Positions 37,595 through 46,616 of a stretch of 64,000 bases of DNA are shown piece by piece; position 1 is the stretch's first letter, and each line of letters starts with the position of its first letter. The position numbers and the translations under genes were made by a program. The notes beneath the pieces are model-generated. The model did not search any database. It was given only the letters and a program-made list of their open reading frames with translations, and was not told the DNA's origin. Location: positions 64,001 to 128,000 of the forward strand of contig JBILLK010000016.1 of the NCBI GenBank assembly GCA_044376115.1, in the 5' to 3' direction. Source of the stretch: Polyangiaceae bacterium. Its GTDB lineage: Bacteria; Myxococcota_A; Polyangia; Polyangiales; Polyangiaceae.

Positions 37595-39529
37595 TTAGAA
37601 CTTCTTGAGCGAAGTCCCGGGAAGGATTGTGTACGGGTCGATGGCTCGCGGTGAGGACCACCAGCCCGCAGAGACCGACGCAGTGAACACCAGCGGCTTG
37701 GTCTTGAGTTCACCGTGGAGCCCGAGATCGCGCGGAAGATCGACCACGAACTCGCCTTTGAACTCGAAGCCCGAGTTCACTTCACAACGCGCATCGGCGA
37801 CGGTGTAGCCAGCCGCGTATGCGGTGGCGTAAGGCGTGAGCGCCGCCAAACAATCACCGACGATCGGGAATTTGAAGGGCCCGTCGGGCCTACGCGGTCC
37901 CGGCCCTTGGGTAACGAACAGGTCCTTTTCAACGATGAGCTTGAAGGCGATGCTGCCCTCGATCTTCGCCACGAGGCCGGTCTTCCAGCGGTCCCCACCC
38001 ACCGAGAGATCGATCCCGAAGCTGAGCGCCAGCTTGAGGTTGATCACCTCCATGGCGATCTTGAACTTGAACTCCTTGTAAACGGGCCAATAGCGATCGT
38101 CGATGCTGGGAGCGTTCTTGGGCGTCCACTCGCAAACGACGTAGCCGGTGAGCACCTTGAGATCGAACTCGAACTTCCAGCCGACCTGCGGCAACTTGCG
38201 GAAGAAGTCCTTCACGCTTGCGATCGCGTCGCTCAGCGTGGTCACGCACATGAAGATCTGCGAGATCGGATCGGCGTGGTTGAAGTTGCTCAGGCCTGTA
38301 CGTGCTTGTTGGACGCCTTGCTTTGCACTTGCACCGCCCTGCTTGGCCTCTTTGCTCGCGTCGAACAGCTCGTTCGTGCCGATCTCGCGATCGTTGCGGG
38401 CAAACACCAGCTCGAGGCCAGAGGTCGGCGTCTCGAGCTTTGACTTCAGCTTCTCGAAGTTGACCTTGTCTTGGCGGCCCGAGCGCGTGTGGCGACGCAC
38501 GTCGAACTCGCGACCGAAGTCGCCGCGCGCGTCGGCGTAGTTCTGCCGCTCTGCGTGATGCTCGACGATCTGCTTTTTGCCGTCGTCGTACGTCTTGGTC
38601 GAGCCGCTTACGTTGCCGGTTACCTCGCGCTCATTGACGCGCTGATTGACGGTCTTGGTCGTCTTCTGGACGGTATCTCCGGTGACCATCCCCCGCGTCT
38701 TTTCCTTCGTGTAGTTGAACTTGCCGAAGGGCGGAATCTTTAGGCCAATGAGCCATTTGTCGCGTCGGTATACGCGCACGAGCGCGTTGAGGTCCTTGTT
38801 GATCGCCTTGGTCGAGCCCTTCTCTCGCTTGCCGCAGCCTTTGGCGACGATCTCGATCTCTTTGACCGGCGTTCGGAACAAGCTGATCACCCACTCGAAG
38901 AAGACGAACCAGCCGACACCCATCTTGGCGAAGTCGTAGTCGAAGGTGGCGCCGTACATCTTGATCGGCGCGTCGTAGGCGAGGTTGTTCACCTTGGCCC
39001 GATGCAGCACCACCGGGCTCTTGAAGTCTCTGCCGGCGGCCGTCTTGCTGACCACGCTAAGCCAGGGGTGTTGGTCCCCTTGGCAGTCAGGAGCGGTGAA
39101 GCCCGCTTGAACCTTGTTGATGGTGACGAAGTCACCTGGCTCTGGAGCAGTGAAGGACCTGGGCGTCTCGGCCGAGTTGAAGTCGGCGATCGTCTCGATC
39201 ACGAGATCGTAGGCGCCGAGGGCAGGGTCACGTGCAGGCTTGCCGGCAACGAGGATCTTGCGGTTGCGTTTTCGTTCCAGGGTCTGGGCGAAGATCGTGC
39301 GCTCCGTCGGCTCGTCGACACCGGTGCCGTCGTACTTGTGGATCACCTGGACGTTCAAGGTGTCGACGTCGCACGGCTTGGTGACGAGGTACGGGCACTG
39401 AGCTTTGGCCTGGGTCGCTTGTTGGTTCGGCGTGGTCGCAGGCGGCTTCGGCGGGGTACCGCTGGTCGCTACAGGCTTGCTCGGCTGTGTTCCCGTTCCC
39501 ATCGTTGCTCCTTGCTGCGCGGCCGACAC
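37595..39529 (-). CDS. Hypothetical Lys/Thr-rich, beta-rich protein (644 aa), possible toxin/effector
   Basis: Long ORF with GC3-biased codons, no signal peptide, an internal hydrophobic segment and long alternating strands in the C-terminal third. Confidence 0.8.
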   Translation of the reverse strand: MSAAQQGATMGTGTQPSKPVATSGTPPKPPATTPNQQATQAKAQCPYLVTKPCDVDTLNVQVIHKYDGTGVDEPTERTIFAQTLERKRNRKILVAGKPARDPALGAYDLVIETIADFNSAETPRSFTAPEPGDFVTINKVQAGFTAPDCQGDQHPWLSVVSKTAAGRDFKSPVVLHRAKVNNLAYDAPIKMYGATFDYDFAKMGVGWFVFFEWVISLFRTPVKEIEIVAKGCGKREKGSTKAINKDLNALVRVYRRDKWLIGLKIPPFGKFNYTKEKTRGMVTGDTVQKTTKTVNQRVNEREVTGNVSGSTKTYDDGKKQIVEHHAERQNYADARGDFGREFDVRRHTRSGRQDKVNFEKLKSKLETPTSGLELVFARNDREIGTNELFDASKEAKQGGASAKQGVQQARTGLSNFNHADPISQIFMCVTTLSDAIASVKDFFRKLPQVGWKFEFDLKVLTGYVVCEWTPKNAPSIDDRYWPVYKEFKFKIAMEVINLKLALSFGIDLSVGGDRWKTGLVAKIEGSIAFKLIVEKDLFVTQGPGPRRPDGPFKFPIVGDCLAALTPYATAYAAGYTVADARCEVNSGFEFKGEFVVDLPRDLGLHGELKTKPLVFTASVSAGWWSSPRAIDPYTILPGTSLKKF

Positions 39530-39673
39530 CTACCGCCGCCTGAGAATACATGCGCCGATTCGGCTTGGCCTCACGGCCGTTGAGCTAGGTCGAAGTTGCT
39601 CTGACATGTCGGCCGATCTGCGACTGCTTCTCCGTGTCCGCGGCCGAGGGACTCGGGTACAACCGTGCGTACG

Positions 39674-40894
39674 ATGGACGAGGGTTACCACAGGCGGCTG
39701 CTCATCTTTCTGAGCGTGGCTTCCTTCTTCGAGGGCTACGACTTTCTCGCGCTGGCGCAGCTCCTGCCGAATCTTCGGGCGCATTACAACCTGACGCCGG
39801 AGCAAGGAGGCCTGCTCGTGGCGGTGGTCAACGCCGGAACGATGGTCGCGTACCTGCTTGTGCGGCAGGCCGATCGTTGGGGACGCAAGCGCGTTCTAGC
39901 CCTCACCATCCTCGGCTACGCGGTCACCTCCTTCTTGTCGGGGTTTGCGCCCAACGCCTGGGTGTTCGGCTTTCTGCAGATGCTCGCTCGCGTCTTTCTG
40001 ATCGGCGAGTGGGCCGTCTCGATGGTGATCGCCGCCGAGGAGTTCCCCGCCGAAAAACGCGGCAGCGCGATGGGCATCATCCAGGCGGCCTCCACCCTGG
40101 GAGCGATCGCCTGCGCTGGGCTCGTACCGCTGTTGCTCAAGCTGCCTACCGGCTGGCGCAGCGTCTACTTCGTGAGCGCGGTGCCCTTGGCGCTTTTGGC
40201 GTTCGCACGTCGCAGCATGCGCGAAACCAAGCGATTCGAAACGCAGGTGGCCGCCGATCCAAGCGGGAGCAAGCTGAGCGGCTTCTTCGATATCTTGAAA
40301 GGCCCGCATCGCAAGCGCGTGCTGCTGGTCGCACTGGTTTGGGCGTTGACCTATATGTGCACCCAGAGCGCAGTCACCTTCTGGAAAGAGTTTGCCGTGG
40401 GAGAGCGCTCGATGACCGATGGTGACGTTGGCTTGGCCATCACCATCGCCGCCGTCGGCTCACTGCCGCTGGTGTTCTTGTCCGGGAAGCTGCTCGACAA
40501 GATCGGAAGGCGGCGCGGTTCACTGCTGATCTTCCTCGCGACCAGCGCGGGCACGGTGGGCGCGTACAACCTGCAGTCGAAGCTCTCACTGACGGTGGCT
40601 CTGGTGATCGCCATCTTCGGAACCACGGCGGTGCTGCAGGTATTGAACGCGTTCACGGCCGAGCTCTTTCCGACCGAGAACCGCGCCGACGCCTTCGCTT
40701 GGTGCAACAACCTGCTGGGCCGCATCGGCTATGTGCTCTCGCCCTATCTGGTGGGCGTGATCGCCGATAGCGCCGGCTGGGGCAAAGCGGTGAGTGTGAC
40801 AGCTGTGTTTCCGGTGTTGGCGCTGGTGCTGATTCTGCTCTTTTTCCCAGAGACCAAAGGCAAAGAGCTGGAGGAGACCGCCCTCGCGCATTAG
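39674..40894 (+). CDS. MFS transporter
   Basis: FFEGYD, ADRWGRKR, EEFPAEKRG, DKIGRR, AELFPTENRA, PETKGKELE; about 12 TM segments. Confidence 0.93.
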   Translation: MDEGYHRRLLIFLSVASFFEGYDFLALAQLLPNLRAHYNLTPEQGGLLVAVVNAGTMVAYLLVRQADRWGRKRVLALTILGYAVTSFLSGFAPNAWVFGFLQMLARVFLIGEWAVSMVIAAEEFPAEKRGSAMGIIQAASTLGAIACAGLVPLLLKLPTGWRSVYFVSAVPLALLAFARRSMRETKRFETQVAADPSGSKLSGFFDILKGPHRKRVLLVALVWALTYMCTQSAVTFWKEFAVGERSMTDGDVGLAITIAAVGSLPLVFLSGKLLDKIGRRRGSLLIFLATSAGTVGAYNLQSKLSLTVALVIAIFGTTAVLQVLNAFTAELFPTENRADAFAWCNNLLGRIGYVLSPYLVGVIADSAGWGKAVSVTAVFPVLALVLILLFFPETKGKELEETALAH

Positions 40895-40924
40895 GCGCCG
40901 CGACGGCGCCTCGCACGGCTTCGC

Positions 40925-41392
40925 TCACTTGGCGAGATCGGCTTCGAGCCGGGCGTAGCTCGCCTCCATGCCGTGTTCCATCCCGGTGGCCAACATCGCC
41001 TCACGCGTCGCCGCGTCGGGCAAGGTCATGCGCATCGTCATCAGCGTGCCTTTCCCGCTCTTCTCGAAGGTGGTGACGACGTGGTTGTCCGGCGTTGCGT
41101 CCGGCAGGTGCATGCGCTCGATGTGCTCGATGCGACTGAAGGGCGTCAGCGCCACGAACTCCCCCGTAAGGTGGAAGCCGTTGCCCTGGCCGTCACTCCA
41201 TTCGTAGCGAATTTTACCGCCAGGCCGCGCATCCACTTGGCACACTGGCATGGTCCAACCGTCCGGCCCGAGCAGCCATTTCTGCAGCAGCGCAGGCTCC
41301 AGATGTGCGCGGTACACCGCCTCCGGCGGCGCGTTGAAGGTGCGGGTTGCGACCACGTGGGTATCCCCTTCGGTTTTCAGCGAGAGCTTCAT
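40925..41392 (-). CDS. SRPBCC/AHSA1-family protein
   Basis: TRTFNAPPEAVYRAH..P.LLQKW...DARPGG...GMEHGM..SY.RL; ATGA overlap with the ArsR gene. Confidence 0.9.
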   Translation of the reverse strand: MKLSLKTEGDTHVVATRTFNAPPEAVYRAHLEPALLQKWLLGPDGWTMPVCQVDARPGGKIRYEWSDGQGNGFHLTGEFVALTPFSRIEHIERMHLPDATPDNHVVTTFEKSGKGTLMTMRMTLPDAATREAMLATGMEHGMEASYARLEADLAK

Positions 41393-41775
41393 GAGCGGTC
41401 CTTTCGTGTGCGCTTGCGGCGCGGGGTTGGGCGTTGGGTTTCATCGGGTAGGGTCGCAAGCAGTTGATCCAGCCGGTCGTAGTTGGCCTCCATCGCCGAG
41501 CGCAGCCGCTCGAGCCAACGGTCGATCTCGGAGAGGCCGCTGTGCACCAAGCGGCAGGGCCGCTTGGTGCCCTCGACCCGCCGCACAATCAGGCCGGCTC
41601 CCTCGAGCACCTTCAGGTGGCGAGAGATCGCCGGCTGCGACATCTCGAAGGGCTGCGCGAGCTCCATGACGGTGGCCTCTCCGCGTGCGAGCCGAGCGAC
41701 GATCGCTCGACGCGTTGGATCTGCGAGCGCGGCAAAGGCGCGATCGAGCTTCAGGTTCACGGCCGGTAGGGACAT
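41389..41775 (-). CDS. ArsR/SmtB-family transcriptional repressor
   Basis: AFAALADPTRRAI..L...EATV.ELA.PF.MSQPAISRHLKVLE.AGLI. Start placed at ATG 41775. Confidence 0.92.
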   Translation of the reverse strand: MSLPAVNLKLDRAFAALADPTRRAIVARLARGEATVMELAQPFEMSQPAISRHLKVLEGAGLIVRRVEGTKRPCRLVHSGLSEIDRWLERLRSAMEANYDRLDQLLATLPDETQRPTPRRKRTRKDRS

Positions 41776-41807
41776 AACGTGATTGTTATATAACAATCAC
41801 GTTATGT
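41772..41807. promoter_or_regulatory. Perfect 36-bp palindromic operator (two ATAAC-N6-GTTAT units) overlapping the ArsR promoter and start
   Basis: ACATAACGTGATTGTTAT|ATAACAATCACGTTATGT is its own reverse complement. Minus strand reads TTTACA-N17-AACAAT-N6-ATG. Confidence 0.85.
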
Positions 41808-41870
41808 AAATGGCCGCGTTTGAATCACCCGAACAAGGCTGTCCAAAGATGAAGAACGCCTACGCGTCGA

Positions 41871-44192
41871 TTAGCGGCTGGGTAGCGTCAGCTGTGGCTT
41901 GGTGGCGCACTCGAGGTTGCTGTAGCAGAACTCTTTGGAAGCGGCGCCAAGCTGCAATACGTTGTTCTGGCCCCAACAGTGAACCTCGCCGCCGTTGAGC
42001 AGTGCACAGCCGTGGTCCGAGCCGAGGGCAACCTTGATCGCGCCGGCCAAGATGGTCTGCGGCGGAGGTGGCGTGCCACCGACTGGCATCTTCTGTTCCA
42101 CAAAGCCACCGCGTCCGAGCTGGCCGAAGTCATTGTCGCCCCAGCAGGCGAGCCCCGAATTGGTGGCCGCACAGGAAAACCGCCCGCCAAGAGCAAGATC
42201 CACAGCTCCCTCGAGCGCGAGTACCGGCTCGGCCGAGAGCGCTAAGAGTTCGGCCAGCGTCGTCTGTCGTCCTTCGTGCTTGGTGATGCGCCGTGGGTCT
42301 TTGCGACCGAGCCATGCGCCTGGCTCCCCCCAACAAAGCACCTTGCCGTCTTTGCGCCGCCCACAACTCATCTCGTAGCCCAAAGCAATCTGCACGAGGT
42401 CGCTGGCGCCAGGTACCTCTCGCGGCGTCTCAATGGAAGCTGCCTTGGCTCCACCCACGGCGAAGAGCCGGTTCTTGCCCCAACAGAAGACCTTGCCCGA
42501 CCGCTGCAGTGCGCAGGCATGCATGCTCCCAACTGCCACCTGCTGGACGTCCTCGAGCCCAAGCACTGCGCCTTGCGCGTCTGTCTTTACGGTGATTCCA
42601 ACCGAACAAAGTACACGCCCGTTGGTTTTCACTACACAAAGCCCGCGCTCGGGCGAGAGCCCAACGCTCGCGATGCCTTGCCCTAGCTCTGGCCTGTCTT
42701 CGAGCAGCTTGGCGTTCAGGCCATAACATTGCAGCACTCCGTTCTTGCGCAGAGCGCAGGTGGATTGCGCCGCTGCATACACATGCGCCACGTCGTTCAG
42801 CCCCGGCACCATCACAGGACCCGAGGGCTTCATGGTCATAGCGCCCAACTGGCCCTCATACCCTCGGCCCCAGCAGGTCACCTCGCCGGAGGCGAGCAAC
42901 GCGCACGAATGAGCGCCACCTAACGCGAGCTCCACCACCGGAGAGCCGCCGGGCACGAAGGGAACGAGCGGGCTTGGCGGTACAAGGCCGCTGGGAGGCG
43001 CGCTCGGCGTGCGAGCAGTTGTCTCCGTTGTGTCAGGCTCGTCCGACGAACTCTTCTCGCGGTCTTTGCTCGAGCCGGGCGCGCGGAGCACCGTGACACC
43101 GACCGCGGCTGCAACAAGCGCTGCAGCGCCGCCGGCGAACCATACCCAGTGTACGCCCTTCTTGTGCGGGGGCGCCGGGGTTAGTGCGTGAAGTTCGGTC
43201 GCCGCGAACATCATTCCTGCGTTCGGTCCAGCCACCGTTGCGCCCATCACGTCTAGGCGCGCGGTCTCGCCCGAGAGCATCCTGTGGCTGCCGCTTTGTT
43301 CCTCGCGAAGCCCCGGCGGAATCGCTTGCTCCAAGGCCTCCCAGAGTTCACGCGCCGAGCCGAAACGATCTGCCGGTCGCTTCGCCAAGGCCTTGCTCAT
43401 CCAGCTGTCGAGTTGCCGCGGTAGTCCTGGGACCAAGGTGCTCGGCAGCGCTGGCTCGGCCTGAAAGATCTGCACGTAGAGTTTAGCGAGGCTGTCGCTT
43501 TCGAAGGGGAGCCGGCCGGTCAAACATTGGTATGCGACCACGCCCAGGGCCCATACGTCGGTGCGCGCATCGATCTCGACGCCGTCGACTTGCTCGGGGC
43601 TCATGTAGTTGGGCGTACCCATGGTGACGCCAGCGGCTGTGAGGGAAGCGTTTGTGTTCGGGGCCGAACTCGCGAGCCATGCGCGGCTCGGGGGTGCTTG
43701 TTCGGCGTGCACTTTGGCGATGCCAAAATCGAGGACCTTGATCAGGTCGCGCTCTTCGTCGCGAGCGATGAAGATATTGGCGGGCTTCAGATCGCGATGG
43801 ACCAAGCCGGCAGCGTGCGCACGACCGAGAGCCCGCGCCACGTAGCCGACGATCTCGGCGGTCTTGGTCACGCTCAGCCGTCCCTCGCGAGCCAGCCGTG
43901 CGGCCAGATCTTCACCGAGCAGAAGCTCCATCGCGATGTACGGAATGCCGTCTTGTTCGCCGTGGTCGAGCACCTGCACTACGTTGGGGGAGCGCAGCTG
44001 CGCAGCTGCTCTGGCCTCGAGTGCAAAGCGCTGACGGGCGCTGTCATCGATCGAGGTAAGCAGGAACTTCACGGCGCACGGCGTCTCGAGCCGCAGATCC
44101 TGGGCGACCCAAACCACGCCCATGCCGCCGCGACCAAGTGGCCGAACGAGCCGAAAACGTGAGGCGACGATGGTGCCGATCTCGAGCTTCAC
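41871..44192 (-). CDS. Membrane Ser/Thr protein kinase with extracytoplasmic RCC1-like repeats
   Basis: LGRGGMG, AVK, HRDLKPAN, DFG, GTPNYMSPEQ; TM WVWFAGGAAALVAAAVGV; repeats G..H.CAL...G.V.CWG....QLG. Confidence 0.93.
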   Translation of the reverse strand: MKLEIGTIVASRFRLVRPLGRGGMGVVWVAQDLRLETPCAVKFLLTSIDDSARQRFALEARAAAQLRSPNVVQVLDHGEQDGIPYIAMELLLGEDLAARLAREGRLSVTKTAEIVGYVARALGRAHAAGLVHRDLKPANIFIARDEERDLIKVLDFGIAKVHAEQAPPSRAWLASSAPNTNASLTAAGVTMGTPNYMSPEQVDGVEIDARTDVWALGVVAYQCLTGRLPFESDSLAKLYVQIFQAEPALPSTLVPGLPRQLDSWMSKALAKRPADRFGSARELWEALEQAIPPGLREEQSGSHRMLSGETARLDVMGATVAGPNAGMMFAATELHALTPAPPHKKGVHWVWFAGGAAALVAAAVGVTVLRAPGSSKDREKSSSDEPDTTETTARTPSAPPSGLVPPSPLVPFVPGGSPVVELALGGAHSCALLASGEVTCWGRGYEGQLGAMTMKPSGPVMVPGLNDVAHVYAAAQSTCALRKNGVLQCYGLNAKLLEDRPELGQGIASVGLSPERGLCVVKTNGRVLCSVGITVKTDAQGAVLGLEDVQQVAVGSMHACALQRSGKVFCWGKNRLFAVGGAKAASIETPREVPGASDLVQIALGYEMSCGRRKDGKVLCWGEPGAWLGRKDPRRITKHEGRQTTLAELLALSAEPVLALEGAVDLALGGRFSCAATNSGLACWGDNDFGQLGRGGFVEQKMPVGGTPPPPQTILAGAIKVALGSDHGCALLNGGEVHCWGQNNVLQLGAASKEFCYSNLECATKPQLTLPSR

Positions 44193-44238
44193 GCGCGCGA
44201 GCGTAGCACCGACTGCGCAGCGAAAGAGCCGACTGACC

Positions 44239-44823
44239 TCACTGCATCTGCTTCACTTCGCGGTAGTCCCCGGAGGTTTGTAAGGTGATGCTCACCTCGT
44301 TCGGACCGTCATTCTTGAAGTACCAGCCGTGGTAGCCGTTGAAGACCGCGACGATGGTGCCGTAGTCCGCGCCGGCGTTCTCGCCTTTGCCATAGCTGTG
44401 ATAGCCGCCGCGGCGCTTGTCGACGTGCGTCTCGAAGCTCACCGTGCCGCCCACGGCCGTCCACTCGAAGCTGGCCTTCGCGCCTTTTGCCATCGCAAGC
44501 TTCACCTCGACCGAGCCCGCGGGCGGAACGCGGATGGTGGTGGTGTCGGTTCGCTCTTTCGACGGCCCATCGAAGGAGAGCTTGGCCTCCTGCTCTGCGG
44601 CCTGTGCGAGCTTTTGCTTCAGCTCGCCCATCGGCGTGAGCCCGAGTATCCGCCCGAGGCCCGTCGGATCGATCGCGTACTCCGCAGGCAGCACCGCGAC
44701 CAACGTGAGGACCAGCAAGAGCGCCGCTGCGAGGGCGAGGCTGCGGAGGTTGGCTTGCGGCAATTCCTCCGGCTCGAGCGAGGCGGTGGGATCAGCTGCA
44801 TCGGTGCCAGGGCGTCTTGTCAT
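44239..44823 (-). CDS. Transmembrane-anchor protein typically paired with HupE/UreJ
   Basis: VLPAEY.IDPTG.G..LGL..MG, EVKL.M..G....FEW, A.F.G.HGWYF.N. Confidence 0.8.
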   Translation of the reverse strand: MTRRPGTDAADPTASLEPEELPQANLRSLALAAALLLVLTLVAVLPAEYAIDPTGLGRILGLTPMGELKQKLAQAAEQEAKLSFDGPSKERTDTTTIRVPPAGSVEVKLAMAKGAKASFEWTAVGGTVSFETHVDKRRGGYHSYGKGENAGADYGTIVAVFNGYHGWYFKNDGPNEVSITLQTSGDYREVKQMQ

Positions 44824-44832
44824 GCGTCCTCC

Positions 44833-45522
44833 TCAGCCCGCCTCGGTCCAGTAGCCGTGCAGCTGAAGGGCGGTAAGCATGAGCCCGGCCGCGAGTAGCA
44901 GCCAGTTTGCGCGTTGGGCCTGGCTGGCGAAGCTCTCGCGGTTGCGCCAAACATTCATGCCCAACAAGATCAGATACAGCGCCAGCAGCTGCCCGAGCTC
45001 GACGCCAACGTTGAACGATACGAGGTTCGTTAGCAGACCGGCCGAGTCCAGCTGGAAGTCGAGCAGTTTGGTGGCCAGCCCAAAGCCGTGACACAAGCCA
45101 AAGACCAGGGTCGCGGCTTTGGTGCTCGGTTGAAAGCCCAGCCACTTCTGCAAGCTGCCGAGATTGTCGAGCGCTTTGTAGACCACCGAGAGGCCGATCA
45201 CGGCGTCGACCAAGTAGCTATTGGCGCTGATCTCGCGCACGACGCCGAACAGCAGCGTGGCCGAGTGGCCTGCCGCAAACAGCGTTACGTACAGCGCCAC
45301 ATCCTTCATGCGACGGAGAAAGAAGATCACCCCGAACAGAAACAGCAGATGGTCGTAGCCGGTGACCATGTGCTTGGCCCCGAGATAGATGAACGGGCCT
45401 ATCAACCGGCCTGAGCTCTCTTGAATGAAAGCAGCATCGCCGTCGGCGACGCCGTGCCCCCAAGCAAGACCCGGCAGTGCGACCACGACGAGAAGTACGA
45501 TCCAGTGCAGCACTCGGCTCAC
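44833..45522 (-). CDS. HupE/UreJ-family membrane protein
   Basis: AWGHGV, GAKHMVTGYDHLLFL, F..GHS.TL, FGLCHGFG, FNVGVELGQ. Confidence 0.9.
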   Translation of the reverse strand: MSRVLHWIVLLVVVALPGLAWGHGVADGDAAFIQESSGRLIGPFIYLGAKHMVTGYDHLLFLFGVIFFLRRMKDVALYVTLFAAGHSATLLFGVVREISANSYLVDAVIGLSVVYKALDNLGSLQKWLGFQPSTKAATLVFGLCHGFGLATKLLDFQLDSAGLLTNLVSFNVGVELGQLLALYLILLGMNVWRNRESFASQAQRANWLLLAAGLMLTALQLHGYWTEAG

Positions 45523-45578
45523 CGGCGCAGGCTATCGCTTCTCGGCCGTCCTCCAAAGACTCGCGCGCGCGTGATGGC

Positions 45579-46616
45579 CTATCGAAAGCTGAGACGGCTC
45601 AGCTTCTTGGTTTGCGGCGTGCCCTCGTGATGCAGGTAAAAGACGCTGGCGTCGGGCCCTGCGAGCTTGAAGAAGAGCTCGAGATCCTCGACCGAAGGGT
45701 CCTTCTCGTTACTCTGCACCGGCCACATCGGTGCGGTCAGCTTCATCGCTGCGCGGTCCTGCTCGAGGCGTTCCATGCTGGCTCGCACTCCGCCTGGCCA
45801 GCCGAAGGCGTAGTAAACCTGCGGTAAGAACGCGTCCCCACAGTGCTTGTCGAACGCGGCGTAGGGAAAGGTCTTGTTGGGCTTGAGCCAACCAAACGTG
45901 GTGTAGCCGAGCTTCTTCCGCGGCAGCTTCTTGCGCAACGCCGTGCACAACGAGGCCGCTTCCTTCGGACGGTCTTTGAACTCGACTTCGGCGTCGACGA
46001 TTACGCCGGTTACCTCCGGCACATTGGCGACTTCCACCATCGCTTTCACCTGCTCCTCGAGCGAGCCCCAGGTCTTGCCGTCTTGGTCCGGAATGTCCGG
46101 CGAGTAGAAGTAGCCAAACAGCCAAACCTCGATGCCACGGTCGGTGAAGAGCTTGAGGTTCTCGCGCCGCGCGTTCTCCGACCAACGTTTGGAGGGAGCG
46201 CCGTTGGTGCCTTTGATGAACACCCGTGAGACTCCGGCTGCCGCCAAAATCTCCGCCGACTTCTCGGCGCTCGGGCCACGTTTGTCGAACTCCCAGAGCC
46301 AGACGCCGCGGCGGTTTGGTTGCGCGGTGGGCTTGTCTGCGGCACTGGCAGTCGCGGTCGCGGTCGCGGTCGCGGATACGGCTGGAGCAGGCGAGCTAGC
46401 GGCGCTTGGGGCGGCGGAGCTGCTGGTGTTGGAGGTGGCGCTCGTGTTGGTGGCGCCGGTTCCGGAAGCCGCTGCATCGGCTCGTGCGGCGCTCCGCGCG
46501 GGCGCATTGCGCGGTCTCGCTGCAGCGCTGCTGCTCGCCTGGGGCGTTGGCTCGTCGCACGCGGCCAGCGCGAGCAAGAGCGTCAAGGCCACCACCCAGC
46601 CGTGCGCGTTGCTCAC
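45579..46616 (-). CDS. Lipoprotein with Ala/Ser/Thr linker and glycoside-hydrolase-like TIM-barrel domain
   Basis: Lipobox LAAC; GVWLW, VFIK, VIVDAE, PQVY strand-end motifs. GTG overlaps the mfd TGA. Confidence 0.7.
   Translation of the reverse strand: MSNAHGWVVALTLLLALAACDEPTPQASSSAAARPRNAPARSAARADAAASGTGATNTSATSNTSSSAAPSAASSPAPAVSATATATATASAADKPTAQPNRRGVWLWEFDKRGPSAEKSAEILAAAGVSRVFIKGTNGAPSKRWSENARRENLKLFTDRGIEVWLFGYFYSPDIPDQDGKTWGSLEEQVKAMVEVANVPEVTGVIVDAEVEFKDRPKEAASLCTALRKKLPRKKLGYTTFGWLKPNKTFPYAAFDKHCGDAFLPQVYYAFGWPGGVRASMERLEQDRAAMKLTAPMWPVQSNEKDPSVEDLELFFKLAGPDASVFYLHHEGTPQTKKLSRLSFR

Noticed and set aside
44239..45522. HupE/UreJ pair as evidence of a hydrogenase or urease locus
   Set aside because: No such genes in the window. 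This pair commonly occurs alone.
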